DNA from: Candidatus Jordarchaeales archaeon | GTDB lineage: Archaea; Asgardarchaeota; Jordiarchaeia; Jordiarchaeales; Freyrarchaeaceae | Direction of reading: 5' to 3' | Length of the DNA stretch: 32,000 bases | NCBI GenBank assembly: GCA_038858525.1 | Contig: JAWCFL010000001.1 | Span: 90,001-122,000, forward strand | Shown here: positions 27,565-32,000 of the stretch, one piece after another | How positions within the stretch are numbered: the first letter of the stretch is position 1 | Layout: each line of letters starts with the position of its first letter | Notes under the pieces: generated by a model | What the model saw: the letters and a program-made list of their open reading frames with translations, nothing else | Told to the model about the DNA's origin: nothing | Database searches by the model: none | Translations under genes and position numbers: made by a program

Positions 27565-28854
27565 TTATATTTTTTGTTTTGCCATAAATACGCAGTTTTC
27601 GCTTCCACAGGCTGCGCATTCAACCTCTTCAACGGTATATGGAATTTCGTAAACTGCTTCTGCTAAACCTTTTATGATTCCCCTGAAATTAAAGCATATT
27701 GGTGTTTTGTATATTTTTCCCGGCTGAACCATTATCGAGTTTTTAACTCTTACCTTTATCATTGAGGGGGCATTTCTCATGTCTGCTTCGACAAGCCCCC
27801 AGCCGGCTAGGCTAGCAGTATCTAGCCCTCTAATAAAAAGTTCGTCTTCAGCGAATGGAAAAGCCTCGCGAAGCCGGCGGATAGTTCTATAGGCTATACG
27901 GTAGCCGGCGCTTTCTAGAACAGATCCGATCCGATCGATCACGTTTTCTTCTACGCCTTTTCTCACGATTTCATGAAGGAATATCGCTGGCAAAATCGTT
28001 ATACGTCCAAACTCACCTATTATCTGGCTTCTAATGCTACCTTCAGCGTCCATGGTCACTGTTGTTTTTATAGAATCAAAAGAGGAAAGTATGTCATTTC
28101 CGATAAGAACTTCCCGTTCCCTAAACTTCAGGGAGTATGGTGTCGCTACGCGGACACAAGGTAAACCAGCGTTCTTAATTACGGTAATAAAACTTTTAGT
28201 TATTCCCTTAGCCTCAAAGCTCTTAAGTTCTATTACAGTGTCAGCGATATGCTCTGCAGCTGCCACAACGCTACGTTCATGCATCTCCCGGTTTAACGAT
28301 GTGAAGAAAAGATCATTTAGAAGTTTAACCTTTGACTTGACATCCCACAAGAAATGTAAACACTTGTCAGGGTCTCCCGTGGAGAAGATAGTTGTGGAGA
28401 ATTGATTATAGATCCAAGTAACTTTCATTCCTGGAAAAGGAATTCCTTTAAGCTTTTCATTTCTGAACTTTTTTAGTACATACATTATGTGGTTCAAGTC
28501 ATTTGTCCTTGTAACGATTTCTATGTTTGATTCCGAAGTCTCAGCCACACCCATATAGCTACTAAAAAGGTCTATGTAAAAAAGACGGTTTTCTCTCAAT
28601 GCCTCACTTGTGATTTCAGGAGCGTAAAGCTGAGGGTATGTTTGAGATGGCGGATCAGTGGTGATTAGGAGAACGGTTTCGCCTCTCTGTAGGAGGTTTA
28701 GAGATAACATACCGAGTAAAGCTGATGCATCCTGAGAAGTACCACTATCACAAAGAATAAGGACTACGGATCCTCGGGGAATTCCACCCCCACATAAGAA
28801 GTCCAGACCCGCAATTCCAGTACTTGCGAGATTTTCATACAAATTTTCCGCCAC
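27565..28854 (-). CDS. KaiC/RecA-like ATPase domain (degenerate Walker motifs) fused to a C-terminal V4R domain
   Basis: STGIAGLDFLCGGGIPRGSVVLI KaiC start; P-loop reads CDSGTSQD; V4R motifs ICFNFRGIIKG and VEEVECAACGSENCVF. Confidence 0.88.
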   Translation of the reverse strand: MAENLYENLASTGIAGLDFLCGGGIPRGSVVLILCDSGTSQDASALLGMLSLNLLQRGETVLLITTDPPSQTYPQLYAPEITSEALRENRLFYIDLFSSYMGVAETSESNIEIVTRTNDLNHIMYVLKKFRNEKLKGIPFPGMKVTWIYNQFSTTIFSTGDPDKCLHFLWDVKSKVKLLNDLFFTSLNREMHERSVVAAAEHIADTVIELKSFEAKGITKSFITVIKNAGLPCVRVATPYSLKFREREVLIGNDILSSFDSIKTTVTMDAEGSIRSQIIGEFGRITILPAIFLHEIVRKGVEENVIDRIGSVLESAGYRIAYRTIRRLREAFPFAEDELFIRGLDTASLAGWGLVEADMRNAPSMIKVRVKNSIMVQPGKIYKTPICFNFRGIIKGLAEAVYEIPYTVEEVECAACGSENCVFMAKQKI

Positions 28855-29023
28855 CTAGAGAGGCATCAAAATCGACTTTAAGAAATCTTATAATAAAGAT
28901 TTTCTGTAAGTAACAGTAATCATACGTCTCATATAACTGTATATTGAAGAAGTTATTTATTTTTTTCTCGAATATCTCGATAATACATAATAAAAAAAAG
29001 GAAATTTTTGATTGAAAACAAAT

Positions 29024-30814
29024 TTAAATTGCGGTTTCTACAACAATGTTTTTGAATGCTTCTTCGATTTTCTCAATAAGCGAGTCGACATACTCCTCGA
29101 TCTTATCATTTGGTATGACTTTCATGCGTGCAATCTCGTCTCTCACTGGAAGATTTAGAACGTTTGATATCGAAACACCCTTAGCTACGCTGTCGCGCAT
29201 CATGTGATAGAATGTAATTATTGTCTTCAGCATGAGATATGATTTCTTTGGGTCACAAAAAGTGTCAACTGGGTGGAGGGCTGACTGCTGTAGATAGTCT
29301 TCTCTTATCATTCTGGCAGCTTCAAGGATTACGCGTTCACTTTCTGGCAAAGCGTCTGGACCAACTAGCTGGACGATCTCTTTAAGTTCTTCTTCACGTT
29401 GTAGAAGGAACATGGCCTCTTTACGTAACTCGGAGAACTCTGAGCTAACCTCACGCTTAAACCAATCTTCTAAGTTTTCTAGGTAAAGGCTGTAGCTTTG
29501 AAGCCAATGTATGGCGGGGAAGTGTCTTCTGCTTGCTAAATCCTTGTTAAGTGCCCAGAAGACTTTAACTACACGCAGCGTGTTTGTCGTAACTGGCTCA
29601 CTAAAGTCTCCTCCAGGAGGAGAAACTGCGCCGCATATTGTGACTGAGCCATACCTTGGGTTATCCTCTGTAGAGCCTAGAGTTATTACGCGTCCAGCTC
29701 TCTCGTAAAATTCTGCAAGCCTAGAGCCTAAATATGCAGGGAACCCTTCCTCTCCAGGCATTTCCTCAAGCCTGCCGCTTATTTCACGGAGAGCTTCAGC
29801 CCACCTTGAAGTGGAGTCAGCCATAAGCGCCACGTGATACCCTTGATCCCTGAAATATTCCGCAATCGTAATCCCCGTGTAAATTGAAGCTTCTCTGGCA
29901 GCTACGGGCATATTGCTAGTGTTGGCTATGAGGACTGTTCTGTTCATTAACGGCTCCCCAGTACGAGGGTCCTCTAACTTCGGGAAATCTTCCAGCACCT
30001 CGGTCATTTCGTTTCCGCGTTCCCCGCAACCGACATATACTATTATGTCTGCTGAAGCATACTTTGCCAACTGGTGAAGCATGACGGTTTTACCGGTTCC
30101 AAAACCTCCCGGTATAGCCGCTGTGCCGCCCATTGCCACAGGGAAAAACGTGTCGATTATTCTTTGCCCGGTTACAAGTGGCACAGAAGACTCTAGTTTT
30201 CTTAGGACTGGTCTCGGCTGCCTTACAGGCCACTTCGACATCAACTTTACATCATGGATTACTCCTCTTCGTACCTCTATTCTCGCAACGGTATCTGTCA
30301 CGAGGTAATCTCCTTCAGGCATTATTTCGACTATCCTTCCACTTACACCGATGGGAGCTAGAATTCGTATCGTCACCAGTTTTTTCTCAGGGACATTACC
30401 TATTATCTGGCCTTGAACCACATATTCTCCTTCTTTAACGAGAGGGGTGAAATGCCATTTTTTGTCTCTCGGGAGTGCTTCGGCAATTGCTCCTCTCCTT
30501 ATAAAGTCGCCTGTTGCTTCTTTTATTCTTGGAAGAGGACGCTGTATACCATCAAAAATTTGCCCTATTAAGCCCGGGCCAAGTTCCGCGGAAAGAGGCA
30601 TCCCCGTCGCTATGACGGGCTCACCGGGCTTTAAACCTGAAGTTTCCTCATACACTTGTATCGTTGCTCTGTCACCTTCAACCCTGTTTACTTCCCCTAT
30701 CAGTCGTTCCTCGCCAACCATGCAGACTTCATACATCTGAACGCCTATAAGTCCTTCAGCCTCAACGACGGGGCCAGACACCCTTACAATTTTCCCTATT
30801 TTTTCTTTAGACAT
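29024..30814 (-). CDS. atpA: A/V-type ATP synthase subunit A, no intein
   Basis: [54 protein letters not shown] motifs; 596 aa. Confidence 0.98.
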   Translation of the reverse strand: MSKEKIGKIVRVSGPVVEAEGLIGVQMYEVCMVGEERLIGEVNRVEGDRATIQVYEETSGLKPGEPVIATGMPLSAELGPGLIGQIFDGIQRPLPRIKEATGDFIRRGAIAEALPRDKKWHFTPLVKEGEYVVQGQIIGNVPEKKLVTIRILAPIGVSGRIVEIMPEGDYLVTDTVARIEVRRGVIHDVKLMSKWPVRQPRPVLRKLESSVPLVTGQRIIDTFFPVAMGGTAAIPGGFGTGKTVMLHQLAKYASADIIVYVGCGERGNEMTEVLEDFPKLEDPRTGEPLMNRTVLIANTSNMPVAAREASIYTGITIAEYFRDQGYHVALMADSTSRWAEALREISGRLEEMPGEEGFPAYLGSRLAEFYERAGRVITLGSTEDNPRYGSVTICGAVSPPGGDFSEPVTTNTLRVVKVFWALNKDLASRRHFPAIHWLQSYSLYLENLEDWFKREVSSEFSELRKEAMFLLQREEELKEIVQLVGPDALPESERVILEAARMIREDYLQQSALHPVDTFCDPKKSYLMLKTIITFYHMMRDSVAKGVSISNVLNLPVRDEIARMKVIPNDKIEEYVDSLIEKIEEAFKNIVVETAI

Positions 30815-30934
30815 TTCAAATCATCTCCATCATCAGGAGAGTTTTTCGTTACGTTCTATTATGTAGTGGCTTAGATACTCCTTTTAAAAGATTTGGTTGT
30901 GTTTAAGGTTTCGTAGATGAACAATAAAAACCGG

Positions 30935-31291
30935 CTAGGCTGCTAGAAGGTTATACGCCGCCGTCCATAAAGTAAGCCAAAGGAAGAAAGAAGTGATGAG
31001 GCCGGATGTGAAAAACGGAGGCCAACCTCCAACTTGTTCGGGAGTTATTTTTAAGAAGAAGCGTGAAAATATGAATGGAAGTATAATGAAGAAGAAGATT
31101 CCTAAAAGCGCAGCTACAGCGGACGCAGAGGATGCAAATAATAACTCGGAGATGGGCGGATTAAGAACTGGCTTTATTAGTGTGCTTACTAACGACGCCG
31201 CCATCGCCATAAGGTTTCTAACCCACCATATTTTTTCCTTAGGTGGCTGTGCAGTCCATTTTTCCTTTAGTCTTAAGGAGAATTTTTTCAT
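30935..31291 (-). CDS. EMC6/Rab5ip-like small membrane protein
   Basis: Three hydrophobic segments; KIWWVRNLMA and GLITSFFLWLTLWTAAYNLL resemble the EMC6 G-L-x-T-x-x-x-F-W-T-x-x-Y pattern; strong SD AGGAGGTGA. Confidence 0.7.
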   Translation of the reverse strand: MKKFSLRLKEKWTAQPPKEKIWWVRNLMAMAASLVSTLIKPVLNPPISELLFASSASAVAALLGIFFFIILPFIFSRFFLKITPEQVGGWPPFFTSGLITSFFLWLTLWTAAYNLLAA

Positions 31292-31298
31292 TGATATA

Positions 31299-31315
31299 TC
31301 ACCTCCTAGGAGGGG
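31299..31315. promoter_or_regulatory. Back-to-back Shine-Dalgarno sequences of the divergent EMC6-like and rqcH genes, forming the palindrome CCTCCTAGGAGG (31302-31313)
   Basis: Minus-strand AGGAGGTGA 7 nt before ATG 31291; plus-strand AGGAGGGG before TTG 31318/31321. Confidence 0.65.
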
Positions 31316-31320
31316 TTTTG

Positions 31321-32000
31321 TTGGAAGCTATGTCGAGCCTTGACATTGCGGCAATAGTATCCGAGCTGAATAGGATGCTGGTTGGTGGCAGAATACGAAA
31401 CGTCTATCAGATTAACAGGATCTTCATTTTCAGGGTACGAACGAGCAATGAAGATTTTCAACTTCTCGTAGAGCCAGGTAGAAGAATTCACCTTACATGG
31501 TATGAAAGGGTGAAGCCTAGGTTTCCTCCACCATTCTGCATGACGCTCAGAAAACACTTGAAGCATGGTAGGATCCTCTCTGTGCAGCAATATGATTTTG
31601 ATCGAGTTGTAATGCTAAATGTCGGTTTTGCTAAAAATAGAGTGACTCTGGTTTTTGAGCTTTTCGGGGACGGCAATATCGTGCTTCTTGACGAAGAGGG
31701 CAAAATAATTGTAGCGGAAAAATACGCTTCGATGAAAGACAGAGACATTCTCCCCAAAAAAAGCTACCTTTTTCCTCCTTCTAGAGGAAAGGATCCTCGA
31801 AATATAAGTTTTGAGGAGTTCAGAGAAGTTTTAGCTGGAAGTAAAGGGAAGATTGCAGCCATCCTTGTTAGAAACCTCAGCATTGGAAGTATTTTAGCTG
31901 AAGAAGCGTGCATAAGAAGCGGTATTGAAAAAGAAAGAGATGTAAGCTTGCTTTCAGACGATGAAACACGCACTTTGTTTGAGACACTGAAAGGATTATT
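31321..32000 (+). CDS. rqcH: NFACT/Rqc2 ribosome rescue protein, partial (runs off the window end; absent from the supplied ORF track)
   Basis: Translated by hand: MSSLDIAAIVSEL...RIRNVYQI...LVEPGRRIHLT...PPPFCMTLRKHL...QQYDFDRVV...LVFELFGDGNIVLLDEEGKII; the start could also be ATG 31330. Confidence 0.93.
   Translation, partial: MEAMSSLDIAAIVSELNRMLVGGRIRNVYQINRIFIFRVRTSNEDFQLLVEPGRRIHLTWYERVKPRFPPPFCMTLRKHLKHGRILSVQQYDFDRVVMLNVGFAKNRVTLVFELFGDGNIVLLDEEGKIIVAEKYASMKDRDILPKKSYLFPPSRGKDPRNISFEEFREVLAGSKGKIAAILVRNLSIGSILAEEACIRSGIEKERDVSLLSDDETRTLFETLKGL

Noticed and set aside
28965-28985. TCTCGAATATCTCGATA, resembling the TIR palindrome
   Set aside because: Several mismatches, no partner end and no TSD; likely chance in AT-rich intergenic DNA
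29024-30814. Intein in atpA (a common insertion site)
   Set aside because: Length is 596 aa and the sequence around GGFGTGKT is continuous

Overview
Archaeal chromosomal window with Shine-Dalgarno-led genes and many TTG/GTG starts. An Asgard affiliation is inferred, not proven, from a longin/uDENN-like protein, an Rpn11-like JAMM protease, an EMC6-like membrane protein and a KaiC-V4R fusion. Most genes are housekeeping: trpS, rpsJ, mtnP, pyrC, pgk, apgM, pncB, HDAC, two LeuA-family synthases, atpA and rqcH. Three features stand out. (1) All three tRNA genes are shattered by introns, reconstructed by hand to exact cloverleaves: tRNA-Glu(CTC) has 3 introns, tRNA-Phe(GAA) has 4, and tRNA-Pro(GGG) has 4 including an apparent 1-nt exon. 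(2) A 1362-bp element (24662-26023) has 24-bp terminal inverted repeats (23/24 identical) and a 7-bp target-site duplication (AAAGTCA), the hallmarks of a DDE transposon, yet its only gene is a decayed tnpB RNA-guided nuclease, a Fanzor-like architecture. It sits 76 bp upstream of a pseudogenised hel308 helicase. (3) Several membrane/trafficking-type proteins are present, including a tail-anchored JAMM protease. No CRISPR array or rRNA was seen. All family calls are motif-based by eye; no database search was run.
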